Source: Octopus vulgaris
Lineage: Eukaryota
Length of the DNA: 64,000 bases
Direction of reading: 5' to 3'
Assembly: GCA_951406725.2 (NCBI GenBank)
Contig: OX597840.1
Location: 2,232,001 to 2,296,000 of the forward strand
Under the pieces are notes generated by a model. That model was given only the letters and a program-made list of their open reading frames with translations, searched no databases and was not told the origin of the DNA. The translations under genes and the position numbers were made by a program. Shown here piece by piece: positions 43,753 through 58,289 of this stretch (position 1 is its first letter; the number at the start of each line of letters is the position of its first letter).

Positions 43753-44076
43753 ACACGTACACACACACACACGCGCACACACAGAGAAATAAATACATAT
43801 ATATATAATCATATATATACACCTATATGTATTTATATATATATATATATGTATATATGTATATAGTTGTATGTTGGCGTGTGGGTGTGAAAATGTAGTA
43901 TATATGTACATGTATCCGCCTGAGTGTCTATCCATAGAAATATATATATGTATATATAAGTACACACATGTTTATATACATATATACATACATACATGCA
44001 CACGTATATAAACACACATAAATATATATATGTGTGTGTATAAATATGCGTATGCGTATAAATACATGCTTACATT

Positions 44077-44112
<36 letters not shown>

Positions 44113-44521
44113 AAGAGAGTAGATTCCTATATATATGTGTGCGTATATATATGTATATGTATGTGTGTATATGTATACCTATATATATATATATATGTAT
44201 AAATATATATATACATATACACACATATATCTATACATACACAGAGAGACACACACACACACACATATATATGTATATATGCGTACATAAATATATATCT
44301 ATATATGTATTAACTGTTAGGAGTGACTAAGAGGATGATTGGCCTGAGACGAGAGACAGTCCACTCAACCAGACACATTGCTGGTGTGATATATTGTAAC
44401 GAAAAACAGTTTATTAATAAAAAGAAAATGTAAAGTAAAAAAAAAGCACGTTGGAAACAAATCATTCTGGCTGCATTAGCATGGAGCCTCACCTGGGGAC
44501 GCTCACACACACACACACACA

Positions 44522-44570
<49 letters not shown>

Positions 44571-44647
44571 ACGCACGCACATAAACACGTACAGACTTAA
44601 TCCGGCACTCTGAGTTTAATACGTATAGACAGAAGGACATTGAAATA

Positions 44648-45211
44648 TTGGGTTGTCCGGAAAATTCGTGCCGATTTTTAAAGGAAAGAAAAAGGTTAAT
44701 AAATACGTGCCATTACATTTTTAATCAACCAAATCTGAACCATTTTGTTGCACAATGCATCTCCATCTTTCCTTTAACTTGAAAATATGCCCTCTTCACA
44801 GAATTGAGGTGGTTTTATGGCAAAGAATTCATCAAGGTATCTTTTTACGTCATCCAAGGAATTGAAATTTTTACAATTAAGACTATTTCGCAGAGACCGG
44901 AATTTGTGGAAATCCGAAGGAGCAATATCTGGTGAATATAGAGGGTGGTGTAACACATGCCAGCCGAGCTGCAGCAATTTTTGTCTGGTTCCCAAAGCAT
45001 CAAGTGCAGAAAATGAACTTTATCTTCATTTTAAAGGGTTACAGAATCAATACAGATTATAGGAACATAAACTTTCTTCCACGAAAAGATAGCTTAAACT
45101 GTGCTCTAAATGGAGGTGTATTCAAATCCTATTTAATGGACTCAACCCTGTTCTAAGAAAAGTCGAAAGGTAAGCTACTATAAATCGGCACGAACTTTCC
45201 GAACAACCCAA
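44648..45211 (-). mobile_element. Internally deleted mariner transposon
   Basis: 30-bp TIRs (ttgggttgtccggaaaattcgtgccgattt / aaatcggcacgaactttccgaacaacccaa), TA TSD, transposase C-terminal motif LGWHVLHHPLYSPDIAPSDF. Confidence 0.93.
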
Positions 45212-45262
45212 TACAAGCGCATCACATAATCTTTAACAATTTGGTTTATATCTATTTACTGA

Positions 45263-45583
45263 TACTCCGTCGGTTACGACGATGTGTGTTCCAGTTCATC
45301 CCAACAACGAAACAGCCTGCTTCGGATATTAACTTGTAAGCGGATGAGCACTCCATAGACAGGTGCAAACGCAATGCAGTTCTCATGGAGATGGAGCGAG
45401 ACACAGAATGTGAGATGACTGGCCATTTGAACAACGGGTGGAAATGAGTTTTGCCGGCCGAGTGAACTGGGGCAACGTGAAATGAATTTCCATAATCATG
45501 GACTTTAAGCATCGCCGGAAATCGAATTCGCAACCTTAAGATCGTGAGCCAAATGCGCCAATCACTAAACCACATACCTTCAC
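45263..45583 (-). mobile_element. Older SINE head A + tail X
   Basis: Diverged homolog of 6526-6850. Confidence 0.8.
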
Positions 45584-45609
45584 ATGCCTACTTTGACGTT
45601 AATGTATAT

Positions 45610-45985
45610 ATGTGGAAAGTAGCTTGTTTACCAACCACATGGTTCCGGGTTCGGTCCCACGGCGTTGCATCTTGGGCAAGTGTCTTCTGCTATAGCCCCG
45701 GGCCGACCAATGCCTTGTGAGTGGATTTGGAAGACGGAAACTGAAAGAAGCCGATCGTATATATGTGTATATATATGTCTGTATGTGTGTGTGTGTGTCT
45801 GTGTTTGCCCCCCCCCCCCCCCAAACATCACTTGACAACAGATGCTGGTGTGTTTACCTCCCCGTAACTTAACGTTTCGGCAAAAGAGACCGATAGAATA
45901 AGTCATGGGGTCGAATTCCTCGAATAAAGGCAGTGCTCCAGCGTGGCCGCAGTGAAATGACTAAAGCAAGTTAAAGACTAAAAGA

Positions 45986-45988
<3 letters not shown>
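45610..45988 (+). mobile_element. SINE S1, slightly 5'-truncated
   Basis: Homologous to 5989-6425. Confidence 0.88.
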
Positions 45989-46049
<61 letters not shown>

Positions 46050-46051
<2 letters not shown>

Positions 46052-46497
46052 TTTTACTTTTTTAATCTTTTACTTGTTTCAGTCATTTGACTGCGGTGGT
46101 CATGCTGAGCACCGCCTTTAATCGAGCAACTCGACCCCGGAAGTAATTCTTTTTGTAAGCCCATTACTTATTCTATCGGTCTCTTTTGCCGAACCGCTAA
46201 GTAACGGGGACATAAACACATGGTTCCGGGTTCAGTCCCACTGCGTGGCATCTTGGGCAAGTGTATTCTGCTATAGACCCCGGGCCGACCAATGCCTTGT
46301 GAGTGGATTTGGTAGACGGAAACTGAAAGAAGCCTGTCGATGCTGGTGTGTTTACGTCCCCGTCACTTAGCGGTTCGGCAAAAGACACCGATAGAATAAG
46401 TACTGGGCTTACAAAGAATAAGTCCTGGGGTCGATTTGCTAGACTAAAGGCGGTGCTGCAGCATGGCCGCAGTCAAATGACTGAAACAAGTAAAAGT
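46050..46497. mobile_element. Rearranged SINE S1: inverted tail joined to a plus-strand deleted copy
   Basis: 46050-46218 is the S1 tail on minus; 46218-46497 is S1 on plus without the linker. Confidence 0.85.
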
Positions 46498-46820
46498 ATG
46501 TGTGTGTGTGTGTGTGTGTGTATGTACATATATGTAGATATATATAAATAAATAAATATATATATTTATACATATAATAACAGAATAAGTGTGTATGTAT
46601 ATATATATGTAGTATGGATATATATATCTAATATATAAAAATATATATTCATATATGTACATATATAGAGGGATAGATATGTACACAAATATATATCTAG
46701 TTAACTATGCATACACATCCACACACACATATACACACACAGATACACTTATACAATACATATACGAACATATGTTATGTGCATTTCTGTTTTATGTATG
46801 TATGTATGTATGTATGTATG

Positions 46821-46852
<32 letters not shown>

Positions 46853-47764
46853 GATGGATGGATGGATGTATGAGTGCGCTGGTACATACGCATACTCGAC
46901 TGCACACACAATCTTTATTTCCACAAGCATACGCCCTCTCTGTCCCTCTCTCTCGCTCACTCTCTCTCTTTTTCTGTCTCTCAGTTTATCCATCTGTCCC
47001 TCTCACTCTCTTTCTAAATTCATCCATCTGTCCTCTCTCTCTCTCTCTCACACACACTCTGTCGCTTTCTATCTATCTATCTATCTATCTATCTCTCACG
47101 TGTACCGTAAAGCTCGGTATTATTCACAACAATTTAATGTACGTCTTACTAAGCAACTGTTACTAACGTTTCCTTTAGAATATATAGCAATTATCATGAA
47201 TTTCTACTGCCCTCTGGTGGCAGACTTGATAAGCTATTGGTTATGTAAACGCAGTTTCCGTCATTTCTATCCTGTCACGTGCGTTCTTCAGTGGCTTAGT
47301 TCACGGTGCTTAACACTTAATATTTTATATTAGGCAATAAAAACTGCAGTGTTAACATATTTAATATATCGACCATTTAGCAGTTAATTTACACGTTGAT
47401 TGATGGCGAGAAGTTTCTCGATCACTGATATTAACAGGATTACGTTATGAGATATGTTTTATGGTTTAATATATGCCTTATGTTTTATATTTCATGTTTT
47501 ATAGCCTCTTTTTGCTTTATCTTTGTTCTTTTATCTGTTTTTCGGTTATCAGACTGCAGCAATGATGGAGAACCAGCATGAAGGACTCTATTTGTTTAAT
47601 AGTCGAATAGATCGAATCATGTCCTTACTTTTTTTTAAATCCTGGAGCGTTTTCTATAGTGTTTTTTTTTTCTCAAGCCACTATATTACGGGGACGTAAA
47701 CAACCCAACATAGGTTGTCAAGTGATGACAGTGTTGGAGAGCAAGCACAGACTCAAACACAATC

Positions 47765-47817
<53 letters not shown>

Positions 47818-47818
<1 letters not shown>

Positions 47819-48016
47819 CAGCACGGACTTTGTCAGTGAACAGGTCGCGGATTTTAGCGACGAAAATATTTTGACAAATTAAACTTAAATGTTGAAGTGA
47901 ATCGAACGGCTTTTGTGTGTTTCTTAAATGGCTTATAAACACCTTCCACGCTGCAATTGCTTTCGTTTCAGCACACGATCTCAGATCAAATTACTTGCTA
48001 TCCGAGTACACCTCCG

Positions 48017-48018
<2 letters not shown>
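47818..48018 (+). mobile_element. Second copy of the ~200-bp variant-hammerhead element (motif 47829-47878)
   Basis: Ribozyme motif identical to 39004-39053; the few substitutions are in the tail. Confidence 0.8.
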
Positions 48019-48070
<52 letters not shown>

Positions 48071-48071
<1 letters not shown>

Positions 48072-48374
48072 GTTCAGCAAAAATTAGATTCAAATGAATA
48101 TGGTACTTAAGTTAGATGCACCAGAATTCTGTATGGTGTTATCCATATAAATCCATGGGGTGATTATAACCAAAATAACCAACTATATATCTACCTTTTC
48201 TATAATGTTATAAATTGATATGAAAATTATGCATTAATGGAAAACCTTTATTAATGGCTGATCATTGCTCAACATTTTAAAACTGTTGTAATACTTACTA
48301 CATTTAATAAAATGATGTAGCGTGACACGATCGTACAAAATTACTGAAGTTATTCTTGTTGCTTATTTTGATTA
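48071..48374. mobile_element. Diverged relative of the 592-1645 element with decayed hammerhead (48258-48335, plus) and inverted 3' tail
   Basis: CTGATCA-long stem-GACA-cgatcg-TA then ttcttgttgctt; 48071-48170 matches the reverse complement of 1521-1645. Confidence 0.7.
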
Positions 48375-48521
48375 TATATATATATATATATTAAGGGTAT
48401 TATTATACACAAAAGCCTCACGCTAGGAGGGACTCTTAAAGACAAAACTACCATAATAACCACATTGTACCGAATGCATGGGAATGCTACTCTCGAAGCG
48501 AGTCTCCTAAAAACAGACTCA

Positions 48522-48584
48522 GCTGTATATCATATGATATCGTAATTAGTGCACAAAATGCACTTTTTACTCGTCAGTGCAAGC
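48522..48584 (-). ncRNA. Hammerhead motif, slightly decayed
   Basis: Minus: gcttgca-CTGACGA-gtaa aa agtgca ttttg tgcact aa ttac-GATA-tcatatga-TA-tacagc. Confidence 0.6.
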
Positions 48585-49440
48585 ATAGTCAAATTCCTAT
48601 AAAGATTTTATCCTATGTTCAAATTATATACATATATATATATGTGTGTGTGTGTGTGTGTATGCGTGTATGTATGTATATGTATGTATATATACGTATA
48701 TATATGACGGGCTTATTTCATACATGCATACACATATACATACATAGATACATACATGATGAACATATCTAGATATGCAAGTATTTGCATAAAACAAAAC
48801 ATGCAAGTGTGAACGTAGGAAAATACCCTATTTTTAATGTTGAAATTCCAATGGAGGAGCCTTAGATATCTGTTAGAAACCCCGGCTCTTTCTGTATGGG
48901 CAAGAAATCTTGAAATAAAACTCAGTAATGACATACAAACATACATGCATGCATGTATACATATTTACATACATATCGAGATAAGAAAAAAATAGCCACA
49001 CTGAAGTGTTGAGGGGTTTTCAGTAACTCTATCCAAGTTACAATTTCAGATCTATATCTGTGATTATCGAAGCACTAGGATATGTTGCACTTAGCCTAAA
49101 TATTAATCTTGAGAAACTAGGCTTCTCAAAACGAGAAAGGAGAAAGCCGATTCGAAGACTACAGATCCAATCCATCAAAGGAATTGTAAAAATATGTAAA
49201 ACTTTCCAGAAGTTTATCATTTAAATATATATGAGAACCTGTCCAAATATGCACGTATGTTCATGAGAAGATGTGCATAAAACAAAACATACAAATCTGC
49301 ACATATACATACACACACATACATAAATACATGCATACATACATGCATGCATACATACAAATATACATACATATATACATACATAGTACGTACGGACGGA
49401 CGGACGGACGGACGTACATGCATGCATATATGTATACATA

Positions 49441-49668
49441 TTTCTTTATTGACCACAAGGGGCTAAACATAGAGGGGACAAACAAGGACAGACAAAGGGA
49501 TTAAGTCGATTATAACAACCCCAAAGCGTAACTGGTACTTAATTTACCGACCCCGAAATGATGAAAGGCAAAGTCGACCTCGGTGGAATTTGAACTCAGA
49601 ACGTAGCCGCAGATGAAATACCGCTAAGCATTTCACTCGGTGTGCTAACGTTTCTCCCAGCTCGCCGC
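49441..49668 (-). mobile_element. SINE family S2, full length
   Basis: Homologous to 23688-23923. Confidence 0.9.
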
Positions 49669-50710
49669 ATTAAAAGCATGTATACATATACATGCATACT
49701 TACATACACACATATCCACAGCTAAGTACAGATTTTGCTGAAATGTGGAAGCCCTGAGAGCCATGCCAACGGAGTGCATGCTGCAGTGGCGCCTTCCGGT
49801 ACTGGACACATCAAAGGATACAGGGCAAAAGAATATTAGACATCTCTTCTCGCGGTAAAATAGAGGCTTGCGTAGGGCCAACAGCCCCTATAATACAGAA
49901 AGCAATGTTATGAAATATCGAGGACAATTTGAAAACAATGATAACTAAGAGAGGAAGACCTTCCTTCCAAGAACTAGTAAAAATATATCAGAGAGGAGAG
50001 CAATGTACAAAATTCTTCAATCGCCATTGCTCCATCAGGAGTTAAGAACTTAGGTAATAAGAGACTTGTGAACACACATAGACCTACACATACACCCATG
50101 AACACATACTCATGGACATATATCTATACACATTCATATATAAAAAATATGTATTTCAGCGATAGATTGAAAGTCATGTCGGTCGTATGAAATAGTCAAC
50201 GCCCAAAAAGCAGCGCCCGATAGTCTCATTTAAAAAAACAAAGACCATGCTTGAACTAGCACAAGAATGGCAGCACTTATATCCTTGATAAAGACAGTTT
50301 TGTATTTATTATCTCAAATGCAGTCTACTAGCACAAACGCCTTGTATTATAAAGACTCTGTAAGAACGCAACGAACTTCGATGCATGCTACAAATCCGAT
50401 CGATCAGTGAAAGAAATAATGTTTATAAAGCATTCAAAGATTCTCTATTACAGTTCACTGGGATGACGATATGCTAACCATTGCATATATGCGTACGACA
50501 TAGATACACGCACTTATATGCATATATATATATATATACAAATTCACACGTGTATATACAAAGAACGTACCGATGTGCAAACACGTGCAGGAAAGAGACA
50601 TGCAGCCAATTATATGAATGCATGCATATACACAAGTTAACCTACTTACATTCACACCTTAACGCAGACACTAACAAATCCTCAAAGCCGTCTCACGAAC
50701 AAATAAGAAA

Positions 50711-51050
<340 letters not shown>

Positions 51051-51248
51051 CTGAAAGAAGAGGGAAAAATCTTTTTGTCATTCTGTCAGCGACTGGCTAG
51101 AATACTGCAAAGAAAAACTTGAATAAATCTCAAAGGAATTATATACATCACCATTATCATGCATATACTCACATACATACACAGAAAATATACACACGTA
51201 CACGCACACACACACATATATATGTGTATATATACACACACATATATA

Positions 51249-51285
<37 letters not shown>

Positions 51286-51683
51286 GTGTGCATCTGTGTG
51301 TATATGTATACATATGTGTGTGCGTGTGTATGTATGTATAATTGTATGTATATTTATATGTGTGAATGTCAGTATATGAAAGGAAACACGCCAAAGTAAG
51401 ATGGCGGAAAGGCAGGTAACCACATTTTCGCACGATATACTACAAAACAAAGTTACTGATAGAAAACGTCGCTGAATACGCTAAGAATACCAGCGGGTCA
51501 CTCATGTGAAAAATTAATATCCACGTGTATTGCCATCGCCAAAGTAGATTTAGCGAAAACTGAAACCCAATTGTATTCAATGAAGCGGAAACTGCATGGA
51601 ATCCCGTGTGCGCATTTGTACATGTACGTATTTATATGCATAAAGTTGCATATATAATTATATATAAAAACATATACACATAG

Positions 51684-51741
<58 letters not shown>

Positions 51742-51855
51742 ACATTTGCATGCATATATATACACGTATATGTGTGTGATTATATATGTATATATGTATA
51801 TATATATGACAAAGTGTGCTTCACCTAGACTATCACAGTACTGAAAGCATACGTG

Positions 51856-51947
<92 letters not shown>

Positions 51948-51954
51948 TGCATAT

Positions 51955-51994
<40 letters not shown>

Positions 51995-52300
51995 TATGTC
52001 TGGTTCAAAAAAATGTGTGTATATATATATATATATGTGAATGTGTGTGTGTATAGATTAATGTATGTGTCTGTTGAGTTTTGTGTACACGTCTGTATAT
52101 ACATGTATGTTGGAATGTATATATATCAACGTCTATCTATCGATCTATATCCCTAGATGCACATGTGCACAAATGCGTACTCACATTGTTTCATGTATAC
52201 ATACGTATGTATATATGTATATATATATGTGTGTATATATATATGTATATAGTTATATATATTTGTATATCCATATCTATATATCTATATATATATATAT

Positions 52301-52368
<68 letters not shown>

Positions 52369-52815
52369 GTGTATATATGAGTGTGTGTGTGTGTGTGCAG
52401 GTATTATGCATGTGTGTGTTTGGTGGATGGAAATATGTATGTGTGTATGTGTAGAAGGTGTGTTTGGAAATACTGTGATAGTGTGGTTTATTAATTTTGT
52501 TTAGATTTATTTAGTACTTAGTATTTATTATTTTATTTTCTAGACACCGACGTGTCTTGCATTTAACTTTATGTAAAAAAATATATTATACACATACACA
52601 CACATACACATACATATATATATGCATGTATGCATATATGCATGTATGTATGTATCTGTGTATGTGCATGTATACGTATGTACGTCTGTGTGTATTTGCA
52701 TGTGTATGTAGAAGATATATATGTATAGTTATATATATATACATAGATAGTTAGATATGAATATAAACAAACACACACAAACATATATAAATATATATAA
52801 ATGTGTATGTATACG

Positions 52816-52863
<48 letters not shown>

Positions 52864-52998
52864 CGTATGTACATACGTATATAAAAATTTTTATGTAACA
52901 GCTTAATTTTTGTTGCATATTAGACATGCGTCTGGATGATTTTTATATATGTATAGACACTCACGTATACACATACATATGCGCTTGTAGATATATAT

Positions 52999-53037
<39 letters not shown>

Positions 53038-53127
53038 TATATGTATATACAAAAGCGTATAATTTGCATATATATATTTACAAATGTACATATATCCATA
53101 TTATTTTCATATGTATGTGTGTATGCT

Positions 53128-53201
<74 letters not shown>

Positions 53202-55660
53202 CATAAGTATATATACGTATGCATGTATACATATATATATGGTTTTATTTATATGGATATATGACCAGCTTAATTTTTTGTTGGTTATTAGACCTGCGTC
53301 TTTCTATCTTAGTATATGTGGGTGTATGTGTGTGTGTGTCTGTGTGTGTGTTGACTAGGCTAGTTTTCTTGTGATTGTGTTACGGTAGTTAAGTGTTTGA
53401 CTGAGTGCGTTTTGATTTTTGCTAGTGTTTATCCCCCATGGCTTGCTTCCTTTATTCTATTTCCAAGACTTCTATTTGTATCTGCTTATATTTATGTCCA
53501 CACATATACACACATGTCTACACACACATATATATATGCATATATATATGTGTGTGTGTGTGTGTATGTGTGTGTATGCGTATAAATATGAATATGCATA
53601 TATATATATATAGTTGTATATGTATATATATATAAATTTATATATATATCACGTGTGTTTGCATAGTGTTAATTATTTAGATTACATTGTGTACACAATT
53701 AATGATTTCCTAAGCGCTAGTTGGAGATGCATGTGTGTTTGTTTGTGTATGTATATATGCACGTATGAACGTATGTATGTGTTTATATATATGTATGCAT
53801 GTATATATATATATACATATAAATAAATATGCATATATATATATATATATAAATATACATACATGCTTATATGTTTATACACTCATACATGCATGTATGA
53901 TATCTATAAAATGTCCTCTACGCTTATTATATTCACCATTTTTTGCAAATATTCAATGAAACGTTTTCGGATATTCACCCAGCTTTTAATCAGATAAATA
54001 AACACATGACCGAGCTTGAAACCTAAAGCAAAATCTTATAGAGAGATGTGTGTGCTTCGTTACGAAATTTATTTTCGCCTAAACCTCTAACTACCTACAG
54101 GATATGAATCCAGTATACATAAAATCCATCCGTTAGGCAGTTTGCTTCGTCTTATACATATATATAACTACTGTATGAAATCGAATCTTCCCATTACGTC
54201 TTATGTCTGAGCGAAAACCATTTCATCAGGGGTTGTGTGTATATTTCAAACTATTCAACCGACACAATTTGAAAGTTAACTGCAGCTGCTTGACGAAATA
54301 TGTAACACTGTCGCTGACAACTTTCCCTCCAAGTCCCCGTTTAAATGACGCATGCTGCTTAGTATTCACAATACTCTGAAAGTCATATTGTATAAACATT
54401 TATCCAGAGTATCGAAGAATCTTGTCGAGCGTTGATTGCATCAGAAAGGTATAGAATTATGCAACATTGATTATTATGGTAAGTATAATCACCGATTTAC
54501 CAATCACTCCGAAAATCTTTGATGATACGCAACGTCCAAACAATAAGATATAATATTTAACGTCATCTTCTAAAACATGCTCTGACTTTGCAAGCCAACC
54601 GTAACACATACCTACACATGGATCATGAATAAGATTATCATATTTAATTTGGACAATTTCAATAACTCACGTCTCATTCTTTTTAAAATTTGTGCAGATA
54701 TTGTCTTGATAAATAATACTTACTTATTGCCAAAAATCACAAACCATGCATTAAAGTAAAGAGTTAACTAATAAATGTCGCCACAAAAATAAGTTCATCC
54801 TTTCAAATCTCAGCAGAGCTATATAATCATATTAAAAACGGAAGCTTTTTTAATACTGGAAACACGGGATGTCCGTTGATAAGCATCCCATTCGAAAGAG
54901 GAAACTGAAGAAAATATAACCTCGAACCACAAACATCTAGTACAATATCTTGGGTTGGTTCAGAGAAATTGCTCTATTGGGCGCATTCACCATTTAAAGT
55001 GTGAATATTCATATTTGATACATTATATATCCCTTATATTTGCCCTTGAAATAAATAGCTTTGCTTCACTTTTGCGATTTAATCCATCGCCTTGGAAGTT
55101 ACTGATTTTTGTATTCCTGGTTTATATCGTTTGTCACAAAAGTGCTACTGGTAAAAATGTACATTGACACAAAAGGTCGTGTGATTTCTAGGCTAAACTG
55201 ATCCTTCTACAAGGATTAGTACTGAGGAAAGTTGCTAAAAACCCAGAAGGACAAAAACAATGATAAAAGTGAAGACAAAAGGTCCAAGTCTGTCTAGCAG
55301 CAGTGCTGGGATTTAGAAATACGAGTTTCGTTCCGGATACCATAAGTTTCACACTTAGCTTCTCCTACAGAAATACTATTTTCTAGGAGACATGTTCTAA
55401 CCGGCGTTATAACAGAGTGATTCGTCTGGACTAATATTTTTGAGGATTTCATCTAGGGGAATGATAACACGAACCATGAACCCTATCTCTGCTTGGTTGG
55501 GGACGAATTCTGAGTCAAACCTAATGTAAATTAATTGAAATACCACTCGGTGCTAACAAGACATGGTCAACCCAAGGATAGACAGATGACGAAACAAATG
55601 ATATACTGGCTGGGGTGTCAGAGGTCCCTAACCCTTAGAAATTCTTACGTAATATTTATA

Positions 55661-56061
55661 CTTACTTGTACCTGTGGCGATATTCACCCTGGGCGGGTTG
55701 AGTCAGCTTCTTCTACCATGGAAGAAGTTTCGTGGGAATATGTGGATTTCACAAGCGGTCCCCAACAATCCCGCATGTAGAGACATCATGTTTGCTGCAG
55801 ATTGTCCGCAGACGCAAGGACAGAATGACCGAGGAGCCGCCGGTTGCCGAAACAGACACTCCGAGGATTTTCCACAGAGCCCCGTCTGCCGTGTTGTGGC
55901 CCTAATACCACTCGGTGTCAGACCAATCCGTCTTGGGTGGCCCTACCAGGAACCGAAGTTCCCGACGGCATAGCTCTGACACTACCTGTTGCAAGCGTCC
56001 CCACCACAGTGAGGAGGGATGGACTTTGGGGACGCAAGGAGGGGATAGACCGTAACCTGAA
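55661..56061 (-). mobile_element. GC-rich non-autonomous retroelement, probably RTE-derived, 12-bp TSD
   Basis: TSD GTAATATTTATA at 55649-55660 and 56062-56073; minus strand has gagctatgccgtcggg...cctggtagggccacccaa resembling RTE 5' UTRs; ends acaagtaag. Confidence 0.65.
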
Positions 56062-56525
56062 GTAATATTTATAGTTACGAAGGAATGAACACTTAGTTCT
56101 CGAGAATATCTAAATACTTATTTCTTTGGTTTGTGTAACTAATAGATGTTTATGATATTAGAAATTGTTAAACCGTCATCTAACTATAGATCTTTGTCTA
56201 AGGTGTTAAATATAGATCTAACCTTATCTATGTTGACTCATTCGTATAGATCACATATCTCAGCGCCATCAAAGCAACCCATGCAAGCATCAAACGATTC
56301 ATTGATGTCTTTGAAGCACACAATGTCACTCTTGGAAAGCTGTGACTTTCTAAGAGGCATGATAATGTCGATATCGTTATTCTTAATACGATGCTATTTT
56401 CTGATAATCACGCGTCAAATACCAACCAGGTATTCTATTATCTTCCGCCGTACCCTGTTTCAAAACTCCTATATTTCTTGTAATGCTTTAGAGACTAAGG
56501 ACTACTATGGTGACCCCTGTATATC

Positions 56526-56581
<56 letters not shown>

Positions 56582-56624
56582 TTATACATCTATAGATATG
56601 TATGTATACATATATATATAAATA

Positions 56625-56704
<80 letters not shown>

Positions 56705-56710
<6 letters not shown>

Positions 56711-57045
56711 AATTACGTTTATGTATTTGTTGTGCAAGTTTTTGTATGTGAAGTCGTGTGTTGAAACAGACATTGTTGTATTTCGGAATGGTCATTTTGC
56801 TAGTTTCGCCAATAAAAACACACACAATATATATATTTGGCTGACGGTTAGTAAGGAGAGACACAAATAAGAAAGAAGAAAGCAAAGGATCACTGATGCG
56901 GTCACAGGAGTGTGACGAAAGAACTCTGGCCGAAATAAGATTAAGGTTAATGTAAAAAATAAATTACACTGAAGCAAAGTAACACCCAATATATAGTGCG
57001 TGTGTTTTTATTGGCTAAACTGGCGAAATGACCATTTCGTAATAC

Positions 57046-57050
<5 letters not shown>
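56705..57050. mobile_element. Fold-back hammerhead-bearing element in (TA)n
   Basis: ~62-bp inverted repeats at 56776-56840 and 56986-57048 with a hammerhead between them. Confidence 0.7.
56887..56931 (+). ncRNA. Minimal type I hammerhead motif
   Basis: ggatca-CTGATGC-g-GTCACA ggag TGTGAC-GAAA-gaac-TC-tggcc (A9 replaced by C). Confidence 0.55.
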
Positions 57051-57110
<60 letters not shown>

Positions 57111-57115
57111 CATAC

Positions 57116-57179
<64 letters not shown>

Positions 57180-57212
57180 TTATTTATTTATATATTTATT
57201 TATATTTATATA

Positions 57213-58170
57213 CGCCGAATTATTTTCTTAAAAGATGGGCGTGACAGATAAATATAACTTTTTTATATATATTTTCGTTCGATTTACGTCCGCAATATGG
57301 CGTATACCAGGCGGACAGAGACTTTTTTATGGGCCGTACCAACTCCATGTCAGAATTGCTCACGTGCTAACGAATCTCACCTTCCACACAATCCTCCACC
57401 TTAAGGGCCCATTAATTATACGCCTTCAACATCATATTGCCCCAAGGGTTGATATCGTATTTATTGTAGTACGTTTTAAGTCTTTCGATGAGATTTTTAA
57501 AGAGATGTTCACTTAAGGCTTGCAAATAGAAAATGATTGTTCTGCAGTCTTTTGTGAGGAAATTTAACAATTTGTAACGAGAGGCACATTTAACAACGTC
57601 AGATTGGAACACACATTTTATAACACAGCATAATCAACCAGCAGCACCCTGGTATGCATTTAATCGATGTGGGCTGCCCCTGGGTGGTGCTTTTGTCCGG
57701 TGGACCATTGAGGATGCGGTTTCAAATCTCTTCCAGAAATTACAAGAGATCGAATTAAACATTAATATAGGCGCACGAGTGGCTGTGTGGTGAGTAGCTT
57801 GCTAACCAACCACATGGTTCCGGGTTCAGTCCCACTGCGTAGCAGCTTGGGCAAGTGTCTTCTGCTATAGCCTCGGGCCGACCAAAGCCTTGCGAGTGGA
57901 TTTGGTAGACGGAAACTGAAAGAAGCCTGTCGTATATATATGTATATATATGTATATCTACGTGTGTGTGTGTTTGTGTGTCTGTGTTTGTCCCCCTAGC
58001 ATTGCTCGACTACCAATGCTGGCGTGTTTACGTCCACGTCACTTAGCGGTTTCGCAAAAGGGAACGAAAGAATAAGTACTGGGCTTGCAAAGAATAAGGG
58101 GTCGATTTGCTCGACTAAATGGCTGCAGTCAAAGGACTGAAACAAGTAAAAGAGTAATATATATATATAC

Positions 58171-58219
<49 letters not shown>

Positions 58220-58223
58220 TATA

Positions 58224-58289
<66 letters not shown>

